The translations under genes and the position numbers were made by a program. The notes below the pieces were generated by a model. The model saw only the letters and a program-made list of their open reading frames with translations. It made no database searches and was not told where the DNA came from. Source: Minisyncoccota bacterium (lineage in GTDB: Bacteria > Patescibacteriota > Minisyncoccia > UBA6257 > 2-01-FULL-56-20). Taken from it: a DNA stretch of 64,000 bases. The DNA lies in the NCBI GenBank assembly GCA_035509435.1, contig DATJLR010000002.1, positions 5,774 through 69,773 on the forward strand, read 5' to 3'. Of this stretch, positions 1 to 10,273 are shown one piece after another. How positions within the stretch are numbered: the stretch's first letter is position 1; every line of letters starts with the position of its first letter.

Positions 1-1427
1 GCGTGCGTGCCGGAGATGTAGAACAGGCGCTCGCGGTAGTCGGGGAGTTCGCGACGGATCATGTCCGCGTCGATGCGGCTGCCCACCGGCGCCGCATCGC
101 CCGTGATCACGTAATGCGTTTTCATCCCGAGCTTTTCGCGCGCCTCGTCGAACACGTCGCGGAAGGCGATCTCGTCTTCGGTGCGGTTGGAGTAGAAGAG
201 CACGGCGTCGCGCTTCTCGCCGCGGTCGATGAGATCCTTTACCATGCTGCGGAACGGCGTGATGCCGATGCCGCCGGCGATGAACGCGAGCTTTTGTGCC
301 GGGCCGCGGGCCGAATTTTTTGGTAGCGTGAAGTCGCCCGCGAGCTGGCCGGCCATGATCGTGTCGCCCGGCGTGAGCGCGAGGAGCGCGCGCTTGAAAC
401 TGCTCGATGGCTCATAGAACTTTACGCCGAGCTGGATCGTGGGCTCGGTCGGCGATGACGCGATCGTGAAATAGCGGCGGTTGCCGCGGCCGTCAACTTT
501 ATTGTGGCCGAGCGTCCACTCAAGATATTGCCCGGGCCGGAACGCGAGCGGCTTGTCCGGCGTGAAGGTAAAGTGATAGATGTCATTGCTCACCTTTTCT
601 TTCTTTGCGAGGGTGAGCACGCGCCTGCCCTTGGGGCTCACGATGAACGAGAAGACGTTGCCCACGAGGAGCGCGAGCTCGGGCGACGAATTGATCGCGC
701 CGATGGCAATGAACGGCGAGAAAAGTGCGCCCACGAGCGCGCCGTACGCCAGCCGCCACGTGCGCGTGGGCGGCGTGGTCATCGGCTCGGTCAGCATGAT
801 GGACGCAAAGAAAAAGAGCGGCGTATGCACGAGCGCCTTCTCGATCGTCGAGACCGGATCAAGGCCCGCGTGCGTCACGACATCGCTTGCGAGCGCGAAC
901 ACGAGGAAGATAGCCGCGAGGTCGAAGCGCTGGACCTTGCGCAAGACGAGCGCGCCGCCCACGATCACGAACGCCATCATCGGCAGATTGCCGCCGATCC
1001 ACCAGCTCGCCGTCTGCCCGAACGCGAGCGCGGTCACGGCCACGGCGAACGCCGCCGGATTGAAGATGTGCTTCTTGTCGATCGCCAAAACGTATTTTGA
1101 CGCCATCGCGAGGACGGTGGCCCACGCCAGGAATACTATGGTCGCCATATCCGTCGGCATGCCCGGCGTGATGATGAGCGCGAGGATCAGCGCCGTGATG
1201 TACACCGACTCCGAGTTCGCAGGGATCTTCATGAACGCCGCGCAGATCCCATTTACGATCCACGCGACGATGACAAGGAAAAGGGTAGAGAAAACGATCG
1301 CGATCGGGCTATAGGGGAGCCAGCCCACCGCGCCAAAGATCGCCGCGATCGCGAGCAGGACGATGAGGTAGTACATCACGAGACGGTACATCGTGATGTT
1401 GTTCAGGAACCGGTCGATGATATTCAT
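1..1427 (-). CDS. RnfD/NqrB-like membrane domain fused to ferredoxin-NADP reductase-type FAD/NAD-binding domain (3' end truncated by window)
   Basis: Not in the ORF track; translated by hand from ATG at 1427 (MNIIDRFLNNITMYRL...). It has multiple TM segments and KHIFNPAA and MLTEPMTTP motifs (RnfD/NqrB-like), then FRPGQY, RRYFTIASSP and FIAGGIGITPFRSM (FNR family). Confidence 0.85.
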   Translation of the reverse strand, partial: MNIIDRFLNNITMYRLVMYYLIVLLAIAAIFGAVGWLPYSPIAIVFSTLFLVIVAWIVNGICAAFMKIPANSESVYITALILALIITPGMPTDMATIVFLAWATVLAMASKYVLAIDKKHIFNPAAFAVAVTALAFGQTASWWIGGNLPMMAFVIVGGALVLRKVQRFDLAAIFLVFALASDVVTHAGLDPVSTIEKALVHTPLFFFASIMLTEPMTTPPTRTWRLAYGALVGALFSPFIAIGAINSSPELALLVGNVFSFIVSPKGRRVLTLAKKEKVSNDIYHFTFTPDKPLAFRPGQYLEWTLGHNKVDGRGNRRYFTIASSPTEPTIQLGVKFYEPSSSFKRALLALTPGDTIMAGQLAGDFTLPKNSARGPAQKLAFIAGGIGITPFRSMVKDLIDRGEKRDAVLFYSNRTEDEIAFRDVFDEAREKLGMKTHYVITGDAAPVGSRIDADMIRRELPDYRERLFYISGTH

Positions 1428-1443
1428 ATGGTGAGGGCGCGCG

Positions 1444-2193
1444 CTATTGCGCAACGGTGTATTTTTCGAAGCCGGTCGTCATGGTGGCGACCTTGTTCTT
1501 ATCTATTATATATCCTTCATAGCCGGGAAGCGCCTCGATGAATTTGATCCCGTCGGCGCCCATCGCAAAAGCGGCCGTCGCAAAGCGGTCGGCATCGTGG
1601 ATGGTGGGGCCGATCACGGTGAGCGAGACGATGTCGCTCACGGGCGCGTTGCCCGCTCGCGGGTTATAGATGTGAAGGCCGCGGATGTACGTTCCCGACG
1701 TGGCCACGCCTTCGTCCGTCACATAGACCACTTTTACGTTTTCGATCTCGTTGAAGGGATTTTTGACGCCGACCGCCCATTTTCCGCCATCGGCGTTCCT
1801 GCCGTGCGGCTGGATGTCGCCGCCCGCGTCAACATAAAAATTTTGGAACCCGCGCTTTTCGAGCAGCTTCGCCGCGTTCCAGATGGCCCATCCTTTTACC
1901 AGGCCGGACGGATCGTAGTTTCCCGCAGGTGTCTTGATATCAAAATATCCGTTCGTCTCGTGCTTTGTCTCTTCGCACATCGTGAAGACGAGCCGCATTT
2001 CCTCGCTTGCGTCCTCGAGCGCGAGCGTGCCGTTGTTGATCGCCGTGATCTCGCTCGTGCTCTTATATGTGCTGAACACTTCGTCGATGTGTTCAAGATA
2101 GCCGAACACTTCGCCGAACACGGCCGCGGTCGCCTGCGGATCCACGATCTCCACGGTGATGGGCATTCCCATCATGAATCGCGTCTGCTTCAT
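1444..2193 (-). CDS. apbE: FAD:protein FMN transferase (ApbE family)
   Basis: Start MKQTRFMMGM; motifs FSTYKSTSEI, DPSGLVKGWA, VDAGGDI, VATSGTY, ADRFATAAFAMG. Confidence 0.9.
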   Translation of the reverse strand: MKQTRFMMGMPITVEIVDPQATAAVFGEVFGYLEHIDEVFSTYKSTSEITAINNGTLALEDASEEMRLVFTMCEETKHETNGYFDIKTPAGNYDPSGLVKGWAIWNAAKLLEKRGFQNFYVDAGGDIQPHGRNADGGKWAVGVKNPFNEIENVKVVYVTDEGVATSGTYIRGLHIYNPRAGNAPVSDIVSLTVIGPTIHDADRFATAAFAMGADGIKFIEALPGYEGYIIDKNKVATMTTGFEKYTVAQ

Positions 2194-2233
2194 AGTGTGC
2201 GCCGCGCGGTGCGCGGCCTTGCTCTGCCTTGGT

Positions 2234-2962
2234 TTATTTTTTTGCCTGCGCGAGCGCGACCGCGAGCGACTGCTGGAAGGCCTGGGAATCCTGCGTCGCC
2301 CCGGAAACAATGTGGACATCCGCGCTTTGCGCGGTGATCGCCTCCTGCTTCAGCGTTGGAAGCGCCCAGCCGCTTACGTTACTTGAATTGCCGCCGGTGG
2401 GATATTGCGGAAAGGTAATGTCGGTGATCGCGCCGCCCTGGATCGTGGCGACCACCTGGAGGTTTCCATAGAACGCGTCAGCCACGCTGCCGGTGTAAGT
2501 GCCGTCTTTATACTGGCCGCTCGATGTGGTGCTGGTTGCCATGATCATGGTTTTAATGAGCGCTGTCGTCGTGGCATCGAGCGATCCCGTTGCTGGAGAG
2601 ATGCCATTCGCCGTTTGGAATTCCGCGAGCGCCGCCTTTGTGAATGTTCCGAAGTATCCGGTCGGCGCGGGGACGGCCGTAAGGTATTTGCTTGCGATCA
2701 GGAATTGCTGGAGCCACGAGACAAGAGGGCCGGTGGCGCCGAGGGAGAGGGTGCCCATGAACGGGGGAGGCATCTTCCCCGGCGGATTGCCGGATGGCGT
2801 GGTTGTGGGTTCTGTGGTCGGACCGGTCGTGCTTGGCGTGCTTGCGGGAAGCGTCGTTGACGGGCCGTTGAGCGTTGCCACCGACGAGGGATTCCTACTT
2901 GCAAAGACAAGATATGCGATGAATGCGACGACAAGAACGCCCGCGATGATATATTTTTTCAT
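2234..2962 (-). CDS. Membrane-anchored FMN-binding protein with peptidoglycan-binding domain
   Basis: N-terminal TM, Pro/Thr linker, PG_binding_1-like segment (LQQFL...TGYFGTFTKAALAEFQ), C-terminal FMN_bind domain (YKDGTYTG...IVSGATQDS flavinylation motif). Confidence 0.85.
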   Translation of the reverse strand: MKKYIIAGVLVVAFIAYLVFASRNPSSVATLNGPSTTLPASTPSTTGPTTEPTTTPSGNPPGKMPPPFMGTLSLGATGPLVSWLQQFLIASKYLTAVPAPTGYFGTFTKAALAEFQTANGISPATGSLDATTTALIKTMIMATSTTSSGQYKDGTYTGSVADAFYGNLQVVATIQGGAITDITFPQYPTGGNSSNVSGWALPTLKQEAITAQSADVHIVSGATQDSQAFQQSLAVALAQAKK

Positions 2963-3029
2963 TGTCTATGGGTGGCTACGGGTGATAGTATACTCTGCCT
3001 TCTACGATGGTGCCAGGCTGTTTGGTGCG

Positions 3030-4871
3030 CTACAGTTTCTTCGCGAGCTCTTCCGCTTCCTGCACCATCGCGGCCAGGCTCACGGTGATGCCGTTCTTCC
3101 AGAAATCCTTGTTTGTGGGATCGAGGCCGAAGGGAGCAAGGAGCCCCACGGCGTCCCGCGTGCTGCCGGAGCGGAGCAGGTCGAGATAGAGCGGCTCGAA
3201 TGTGTCGCCAAGGCGCGGACGTTCCGCATATAAGCTTTGCGTAAGCAACTCCCCGAACGCGTAACCGTACACGTAGAACGGGCGATGGAAATGGTTCACG
3301 TATGTCCACAGGTGCTCGGTATCTTCATAGGTGAACACCTCGCCCTCCGCGCCGTAAAATTCCTTGAGTGTCTGAAGCCAGATCGCGTCCAGCTCTGCCG
3401 GCGAAAACTTCTTCGGCTCGCCCCACGTTTTGTACGCTGCGTCCATGCCGTGCAGGCGGCGCTCAAAGTTGGAGAATCCGATCTGCCGCACGATCGTGTT
3501 GATGTTGCCCTCGATCTTATCGGCGACAAGCGCGAGGAGCGCTTTCGTATCGCCGGATTTTTCCCGCTGACCCTTCAAAAAAGTAAAGGTCGTCATCTCG
3601 CCGAACACCGACGCCGTTTCCGCGTACGCTGTCGGCGCATGCATCATGAGCGCGCCTTGTGCCTGGCCCGCGAGCATGCCGTGCACGCCATGCCCGAGCT
3701 CGTGCGCGAGCGTCATCACGTCGTTGCTCGACCCGAGATAGTTCATGAAGACATACGAGGTCGGCCGGTTGCCGGGGAGAACGATGGAATAATTGTATGC
3801 CCCGCCGCGGCGTCCCTTCGTCACCGGCGCGTCAATGCGGTGCGTGTCCGCAAAATCTTTTACCAATCCCGCGAGCGTAGGGCTGAAGCTTGCATACGCG
3901 GCGAGCACCGTTTCCATCGCCGCGTCGAACGGGATGATCGTCGTGTCGGCAAACGGCATCGGCGCGTTGCGGTCGCTCCACTTCAGCTTGTCCATGCCGA
4001 GCAATTTTGCCTTGAGCGCGTAGTAGCGACGCGCGAGCGGGCCGGCGGTCGTCGTCACCGCCTCGTGGAGCGCGTCCACGACCGCGTCCGGAACGCGGTT
4101 GGATTTGTTGCGCGAATCCATCGGATTTTTGTAGCCGCGCTCGCGCCGTTCGACAGCCGCTTCGCCTGCCACCATATAGAGCGATTGGGCGGAGTATTTT
4201 GCAAAGTAACCGCCAAGCTCGGCGTTGATGAGCGCGAGCGCCTCCTCGCGCTCCGCGGCATCTTTGGAATTGGTAAGCACATCAAGCATCTCGGTGAGCG
4301 TCTTCTCGGCGCCGCGGAACTGCATGCGCAGATCCGCCTCCACTTCATCGAAAAATTCCGCCCATGAGGCGGGGCCGAACGGCGACCGTTTGGAGAGCGC
4401 GGCTTCCACCGGCTCGCTCAAAAGGTGCGGTTTGAACACGCGGGCGTGCTCGATCCATGGGCGGTGGCGCGCGACGAGCGCGTCCGATGCGTAGAGCTTT
4501 GCGAGCGTCACATCGTCGAGCGCCACGAGCTCGATGTCAAAGAAGGTGAGATAATTGCCGATCGCTTCGCTCGCGATCCGCTCCGCTTCCGCCATCTTTG
4601 CCTTTACCGCCGCATCCGCCACGTTCAAGCTTTGCTTGAGGTAGAGGTAGCCGAATATCTTTTCCGCGAGCATAGAGATATCCATAAGGTCTGTGATCGC
4701 GCCGCCGAGTTTCTCCGCGAGTGTGCCCTTGTGGTCTTCGCAAAACTTTTTTTCGCGTGCGACAAGGTCGGCGATGTCTTTGTCTATCTGCGGATCATCC
4801 ACGCCCGTGTAAAGAAGGGAGAGATCCCAGCGTGCGTGTTCGGTTTTCAGATCGGGAGCATTGTTTTCCAT
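3030..4871 (-). CDS. pepF: M3 family oligoendopeptidase F
   Basis: WDLSLLY N-terminus, KGRRGGAY, TLAHELGHGVH zinc motif, AETAS, HFHRPFYVYGYAFG. Confidence 0.9.
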   Translation of the reverse strand: MENNAPDLKTEHARWDLSLLYTGVDDPQIDKDIADLVAREKKFCEDHKGTLAEKLGGAITDLMDISMLAEKIFGYLYLKQSLNVADAAVKAKMAEAERIASEAIGNYLTFFDIELVALDDVTLAKLYASDALVARHRPWIEHARVFKPHLLSEPVEAALSKRSPFGPASWAEFFDEVEADLRMQFRGAEKTLTEMLDVLTNSKDAAEREEALALINAELGGYFAKYSAQSLYMVAGEAAVERRERGYKNPMDSRNKSNRVPDAVVDALHEAVTTTAGPLARRYYALKAKLLGMDKLKWSDRNAPMPFADTTIIPFDAAMETVLAAYASFSPTLAGLVKDFADTHRIDAPVTKGRRGGAYNYSIVLPGNRPTSYVFMNYLGSSNDVMTLAHELGHGVHGMLAGQAQGALMMHAPTAYAETASVFGEMTTFTFLKGQREKSGDTKALLALVADKIEGNINTIVRQIGFSNFERRLHGMDAAYKTWGEPKKFSPAELDAIWLQTLKEFYGAEGEVFTYEDTEHLWTYVNHFHRPFYVYGYAFGELLTQSLYAERPRLGDTFEPLYLDLLRSGSTRDAVGLLAPFGLDPTNKDFWKNGITVSLAAMVQEAEELAKKL

Positions 4872-4930
4872 TGCTCAAAGTATAAGCGGAGGATTAAGAA
4901 ATGTAAAAGCATATTTGATATACTGAAAAC

Positions 4931-6181
4931 ATGGATCCTCATGGTCCCCAAAGGGGCTTTACCCTCATTGAGCTCTTAGTGGTTATCGCGATCATCGCCA
5001 TCCTGGCCGTGGTCGTCGTCCTCACGCTGAATCCGGCGGAGCTTCTCCGCCAGTCCCGCGATGCCAACCGTCTCTCCGATCTCGCCACGCTCTCTTCTGC
5101 CGTCAACCTCTATAATACGGACCAGTCGGGGAACCCATCGTATTTCCTAGGGAACGTCTCGTCGTCGTACCTCTCCATTCCTGATCCCACCGCGACAAGC
5201 ACGAATCAGTGCCAAGGCCTCGGTATGGGCGCCACCCCCGGCTCCTACCTGTACGGCTGCTCGGCAAGCTCTACTTACCGCGCCGTCTCTTCCCAGGGCT
5301 GGCTTCCCGTCAACTTTTCTACCCTTACCGCCGGCAGCCCCATAAGTTCCCTCCCCGTGGATCCCGTGAACCAGACAAGTTCCGGCCTCTACTATACTTA
5401 CAACACGAATGGTACGGTCTACGACCTGAGCGCCTTCACGGAGTCCCAGAAATATGCAAAAATTGCCCTTGTTGACGGAGGCAATGACCCCTCTCTTCTT
5501 GAGGCCGGATCGGGGATCGCCACCCTCCCTGACCTCGGGCGAGGGCTTGTGGGGTATTGGCCGCTCAATGAGGGAACGGGTTCGAGCACCGTGGATTGGA
5601 GTGGTGGCGGCAATAATGGTACGTGGACAGGCACGGCATCAGGCACCTCCGGTTATTATTCTTCGGGAAAGACAAGCCAGTGGGCGGGATATTTTAACGG
5701 AGTGAACGATAAAGTTAGTATAGGCGGCCCGTCTTCGTTTGTGATGGGGACCAGCAGTTTCAGCTTTGGCGTATGGGCATATCCTACCACGTGGCCAACC
5801 AATGGCCCTTTGCTTGTCACGGGTGCGGATAACGGGACAAGTAATCAGGGATTTACTTTTCGGGTAACGACCGGCAATCAGGTGTTGGTCATGATCTGCG
5901 ACGGCGCCACGCGGCCCGTGATGACCTATACTGGATTGCCAACGAGCACCTGGTCATTTTTGTTCGTCACCATAAACCGCGCGACCAATATCGGCACTGC
6001 GTATCTTAATGGAAGTGTGTTTGCGACGGAAAGCCTCGCTGGCCTTGGCTCGATCGGTCAGGCGGAAACTTTGACCATGGGTAGTGTCACTGGGTATACC
6101 GGAGAGGCCAATGACGTTCGCATTTACGACCGCGCTCTTTCCGCCTCGGAGGTCCAGCAGCTATACAACGCAGAGAAATAA
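4931..6181 (+). CDS. Type IV pilin N-methylation domain protein with C-terminal LamG/concanavalin-like domain
   Basis: GFTLIELLVVIAIIAIL prepilin motif; GLVGYWPLNEG ... DVRIYDRALSASEV LamG signature. Confidence 0.9.
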   Translation: MDPHGPQRGFTLIELLVVIAIIAILAVVVVLTLNPAELLRQSRDANRLSDLATLSSAVNLYNTDQSGNPSYFLGNVSSSYLSIPDPTATSTNQCQGLGMGATPGSYLYGCSASSTYRAVSSQGWLPVNFSTLTAGSPISSLPVDPVNQTSSGLYYTYNTNGTVYDLSAFTESQKYAKIALVDGGNDPSLLEAGSGIATLPDLGRGLVGYWPLNEGTGSSTVDWSGGGNNGTWTGTASGTSGYYSSGKTSQWAGYFNGVNDKVSIGGPSSFVMGTSSFSFGVWAYPTTWPTNGPLLVTGADNGTSNQGFTFRVTTGNQVLVMICDGATRPVMTYTGLPTSTWSFLFVTINRATNIGTAYLNGSVFATESLAGLGSIGQAETLTMGSVTGYTGEANDVRIYDRALSASEVQQLYNAEK

Positions 6182-6225
6182 GCTATTTAAGACAGTTTTA
6201 ATGCACGGTGTGCTACGCTCCGTGC

Positions 6226-7365
6226 ATGACGACAAAAAAACCATCTGCGGTGCTTGCCGTGCTCCTCGCGGCCGCTTCCGCGCTTGTTCCCGTGGGGGCC
6301 GCCCGCGCGGCATATCGGTTCTCGGATTTTCAGGGAAAGCCGCCGGTGCATGTTTATCGGTCGGCCGAAAAGGCGCCTTCCGGCGTGACACCGGCGGAGA
6401 TAAAAAAGATCTATGACCTTCCGGCGACCGGCGGCAAAGGGACGATCGCGCTCATCGACGCGTACGACGATCCGAATGCCGAGAGCGACCTTGCCGTGTT
6501 CGACAAGCAATTCAACCTGCCCGCGTGTACGACGGCGAACGGCTGTTTTGAAAAGCATAAGATGTCGAGTTCGGTGGCGGCGAACAGCGGCTGGTCCATG
6601 GAAATGGCGCTCGACGTGCAATGGGCGCACGCGATCGCGCCAAAGGCCAAGATATTGCTCGTGGAGGCGACGACGCCCAGCGGCACCAATCTGTTGAACG
6701 CGATCGACTACGCGACGTCGCGCAAGGATGTCGTTGCGATCTCAATGAGCTGGGGCGGCGCGGAATTTTCTGACGAGCTTTCGTACGACTCACACTTTGT
6801 GGACAAGGCGAACCCCGCCGCCGCGTTCTTTGCGTCGTCGGGTGACGATGGCGCGGGGGCGAGCTGGCCCGCGTCCTCGCCGAACGTGATCGGCGTCGGT
6901 GGCACGTCGCTTGCGCTCGCGTCGAGCGGCGCGCTCATCGCCGAGAGCGCGTGGTCGGGGAGCGGCGGCGGGGTGAGCGCGTACGAAAAAGAGCCGGCAT
7001 ATCAGACCGCATATAAAATTTCCAAAGCCGGCGGCATGCGCGCGATCCCGGACGTTTCGTATGACGCGGATCCTGCGTCCGGCTATCCGGTATACCTCAC
7101 GACCGGCACCGGCAGTAAAGCAAAGGGTTCGTGGAACACGGTCGGCGGAACGAGCGCGGGCGCGCCGCAGTGGGCCGCCATCCAGGCGCTCGGCGGTTCC
7201 GCCGCGCTCGCAAAATTCTACACCGACAAGGCATCCACGAGTACGCTCAAATATTTCCGCGACATCACGAGCGGGTCCAACGGCGATTGCACATATTACT
7301 GCGACGCCCGGAAGCGCTACGACTATGTGACGGGGCTGGGAAGTCCGCAGACGACGAAGTTTTAG
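6226..7365 (+). CDS. Secreted S53 (sedolisin/kumamolisin-like) serine peptidase
   Basis: Signal peptide; EMALDVQW, SSGDDG, GGTSAGAP catalytic motifs; YDYVTGLGSP tail. Confidence 0.88.
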   Translation: MTTKKPSAVLAVLLAAASALVPVGAARAAYRFSDFQGKPPVHVYRSAEKAPSGVTPAEIKKIYDLPATGGKGTIALIDAYDDPNAESDLAVFDKQFNLPACTTANGCFEKHKMSSSVAANSGWSMEMALDVQWAHAIAPKAKILLVEATTPSGTNLLNAIDYATSRKDVVAISMSWGGAEFSDELSYDSHFVDKANPAAAFFASSGDDGAGASWPASSPNVIGVGGTSLALASSGALIAESAWSGSGGGVSAYEKEPAYQTAYKISKAGGMRAIPDVSYDADPASGYPVYLTTGTGSKAKGSWNTVGGTSAGAPQWAAIQALGGSAALAKFYTDKASTSTLKYFRDITSGSNGDCTYYCDARKRYDYVTGLGSPQTTKF

Positions 7366-7394
7366 GCGTCGCGCGCGATCATAAAAAGAAGAAC

Positions 7395-7419
7395 GGCGCG
7401 GGATCAGATGATCCCGCGC
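7395..7419. terminator. Intrinsic terminator-like hairpin between convergent genes
   Basis: ggcgcgggatc-aga-tgatcccgcgcc inverted repeat with A-rich flank. Confidence 0.6.
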
Positions 7420-7422
7420 CAC

Positions 7423-7584
7423 TTACTTCACGTAGAGAAGTATCAAATTGAGCAGCACAATGATCGCCAGTCCGCAATCAAGGGTGTTGGTAGGCCGCAA
7501 TGCCCTATGGGAAACAACAAAGACAACGAGCATTGCTGGGATCGCCAAGGCGAGAACAAGGATTCTTGCAGCATGGATCCACAT
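7423..7584 (-). CDS. Small two-TM hypothetical protein
   Basis: GGAGG SD before ATG 7584; MWIHAARILVLALAIP...; two hydrophobic stretches; resembles 25198-25389. Confidence 0.5.
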   Translation of the reverse strand: MWIHAARILVLALAIPAMLVVFVVSHRALRPTNTLDCGLAIIVLLNLILLYVK

Positions 7585-7747
7585 GCAGTTGGCCTCCGGG
7601 GCCGCTAAATATAAGGGTATCAGCGGGGTATTTTTTGTCAATTTGGGATAGGGAAGATGCTTGGATTTTTGGGCTAAAACATGCTAAAATATCTGTATTG
7701 CCGCAGCGGCATTTTTTAACGAAACGTAAGCGAAAAACCCAATAAAA

Positions 7748-9919
7748 GTGGCCCAAAAAACGATGAAGCAGGAAGAGAAAAAAGAGGCAAAAAAAGCGTC
7801 AAAAGCCGAGGTTAAGGGCGTCAACGCCAACAACAAAGGCAGCGCCACGTATGGCGCGAAGGACATTACCGTCCTTGAGGGGCTGGAGCCGGTCCGCAAG
7901 CGCCCCGGCATGTACATCGGTTCCACCGGAACCACGGGTCTGCATCACCTGATCTGGGAGATCGTGGACAATTCCATCGACGAAGTGATGGCGGGATTCG
8001 CCACGACCGTCACCGTGGAACTTTTGCCGGATGGCAAAGTGAGCGTCCATGACGACGGACGCGGCGTTCCCGTCGATATCCATCCGCAGACAAAGAAGTC
8101 CACGCTCGAGACGATCATGACCGTGCTCCACGCGGGAGGAAAATTCGGCGGCGAAGGATATAAAGTTTCCGGAGGATTGCACGGCGTCGGCGCGTCCGTG
8201 GTGAACGCGCTGTCTTCGTGGGTCAAGGTAGAGGTTGAACGCGACGGCGGCATGTACGTGCAGGAGTACAAGCGCGGCAAGCCGGAATACAAAGTGAAGA
8301 AGATTGGCGTGTCCAAGCGGCACGGCACGAAGACCACGTTCTCGCCGGACCCCGAGATATTCTCCGAAATGGAGTTCAGCGACAAACTGATCCTGGAGCG
8401 TTTGCGCCAGCAGGCATATTTGACGAAGGGCGTCCGCATCAATTTTTATGACCGCCGCAAGCCGGTGCCGTATTTCTACGGCTTCTATTTTGAAGGCGGC
8501 GTGCTTTCCTACGTAAAATATCTTTCGCAGAAAAAAAATCGCCTCAACGAAGATATTTTTTATGTGGAGAAGGAGGCCGAGAAGCTGGATATCGAGGTCG
8601 GATTTTTGTACGTGGACGATACGCGCGTGGTAGAGATGAGCTTTGCGAACAACATCAACACGCCGGAGGGCGGCATGCACCTGACCGGATTCCGCTCCGC
8701 GCTCACGCGCACGCTCAACAACTACGCGCGCGCGGAAGGGTGGCTCAAGGAAAAAGAGGAGAACCTGACGGCGGACGATGTTCGTGAAGGGCTCGTCGCC
8801 GTCATCTCCGTAAAACTGCGCGATCCGCAGTTCGAGGGCCAGACAAAAGCCAAGCTCGGCAATCCGGAAGCGCGCACCTCCACGGAAGCGGTCGTGAACG
8901 AAGCACTGAAAGAATTTTTGGAAAAGCATCCGCAAGAGGCAAAGGCGATCATCCAGAAAGTCATTCTGACGGCAAAGGCGCGGCTTGCGGCAAAGGCGGC
9001 GCGCGAAACGGTTTTGCGCAAGGGCGCGTTCGAAGGACTTACATTGCCCGGTAAACTGGCAGATTGTACCTCGAAAATCGCGGCAGAATCAGAATTGTTC
9101 ATTGTGGAGGGCGATTCTGCAGGTGGCACGGCCAAGCAGGGCCGCAACCGGCACACGCAGGCCATTTTGCCGTTGCGCGGCAAGCCGCTCAACGTGGAGC
9201 GCGCGCGCTTGGACAAGATGCTCGCGAACGCCGAAGTGCGCTCGCTCGTGATCGCGATCGGCACCGCGATCGGCGAGGAGTTCAATATGGAGAAGCTTCG
9301 CTATCACAAGATCATCATCATGACGGATGCCGACGTTGACGGTGCGCACATCCGCACATTGCTCCTTACGCTTTTCTACCGCTATTTCCGCGAGGTGGTG
9401 GACGGCGGCTACGTGTACATCGCCCAGCCGCCGCTCTATCGCATCCAGCTCGGCAAGACGGTCAAATATGCGTTCTCGGACGACGAGAAGGAAAAAGTGA
9501 TCGCCGAACTGCAGAAGAACGCGCCGGCGGTGCCGGGGAAGGGCGCAAAAGGCGCGAAGGGTGTCACAGCGGGAAAAAAGAAAGTTGCCACCGCTGCGGA
9601 ACTCGCGGAGCTTGCCGCCGCCCAAGAAACTGGCGACGAGGTTTCCGAGGATGACCAGGTTCCCGAGGGCGTGAACGAAGGCCAGGGCGACGGCAAGCGC
9701 CAGCCGAACATCCAGCGCTACAAGGGTCTTGGCGAAATGAACGCGGAGCAGCTGTGGGAGACCACGATGAATCCGGAAGTGCGCTTGATGAAGCAGGTCA
9801 AGGTGGAAGACGCGGAGAAGGCGGACAAGCTTTTTGACACGCTGATGGGCGATGCGGTGGAACCGCGCAAGAACTTCATCCAGGCCCACGCCGCGACGGT
9901 GCAAAATCTGGACGTGTAA
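7748..9919 (+). CDS. gyrB: DNA gyrase subunit B
   Basis: LEPVRKRPGMYIG, SGGLHGVG, VEGDSAGG, MTDADVDGAHI, QRYKGLGEMN. Confidence 0.97.
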   Translation: MAQKTMKQEEKKEAKKASKAEVKGVNANNKGSATYGAKDITVLEGLEPVRKRPGMYIGSTGTTGLHHLIWEIVDNSIDEVMAGFATTVTVELLPDGKVSVHDDGRGVPVDIHPQTKKSTLETIMTVLHAGGKFGGEGYKVSGGLHGVGASVVNALSSWVKVEVERDGGMYVQEYKRGKPEYKVKKIGVSKRHGTKTTFSPDPEIFSEMEFSDKLILERLRQQAYLTKGVRINFYDRRKPVPYFYGFYFEGGVLSYVKYLSQKKNRLNEDIFYVEKEAEKLDIEVGFLYVDDTRVVEMSFANNINTPEGGMHLTGFRSALTRTLNNYARAEGWLKEKEENLTADDVREGLVAVISVKLRDPQFEGQTKAKLGNPEARTSTEAVVNEALKEFLEKHPQEAKAIIQKVILTAKARLAAKAARETVLRKGAFEGLTLPGKLADCTSKIAAESELFIVEGDSAGGTAKQGRNRHTQAILPLRGKPLNVERARLDKMLANAEVRSLVIAIGTAIGEEFNMEKLRYHKIIIMTDADVDGAHIRTLLLTLFYRYFREVVDGGYVYIAQPPLYRIQLGKTVKYAFSDDEKEKVIAELQKNAPAVPGKGAKGAKGVTAGKKKVATAAELAELAAAQETGDEVSEDDQVPEGVNEGQGDGKRQPNIQRYKGLGEMNAEQLWETTMNPEVRLMKQVKVEDAEKADKLFDTLMGDAVEPRKNFIQAHAATVQNLDV

Positions 9920-9924
9920 TCACA

Positions 9925-10251
9925 ATGGAAAGCGCCCTCGTCCTTAAAGAAGATCCCACGCTGCGCGACCTCCAGCGCTATGTGGCGGAGATGATCAAAG
10001 AGCGCGGATTCGAAAGGGAGGCGATCCCCGAGATATTCATGCTTCTTCTCGAGGAATGCGGCGAGATGGCAAAGGCGGCGCGGAAAAGCCAGAACATCCA
10101 CACGGATAAAAATTCCGAGAAGTTCCGCATTGACCACGAGGCGGTGGACGTCCTGGTATACCTTTTGGATATCTGCAACCATTTCGACATCGATCTCGAA
10201 AAGGCGTTCAGGGAGAAAGAGGAGATCAACAAGAAAAGAACCTGGGAATAG
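9925..10251 (+). CDS. MazG-like nucleotide pyrophosphohydrolase
   Basis: LLEECGEMAKA...EAVDVLVYL...N...IDLEKAF..K all-alpha NTP-PPase pattern. Confidence 0.82.
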   Translation: MESALVLKEDPTLRDLQRYVAEMIKERGFEREAIPEIFMLLLEECGEMAKAARKSQNIHTDKNSEKFRIDHEAVDVLVYLLDICNHFDIDLEKAFREKEEINKKRTWE

Positions 10252-10273
10252 CATTCGCGTTTGTCGCAAGGAT

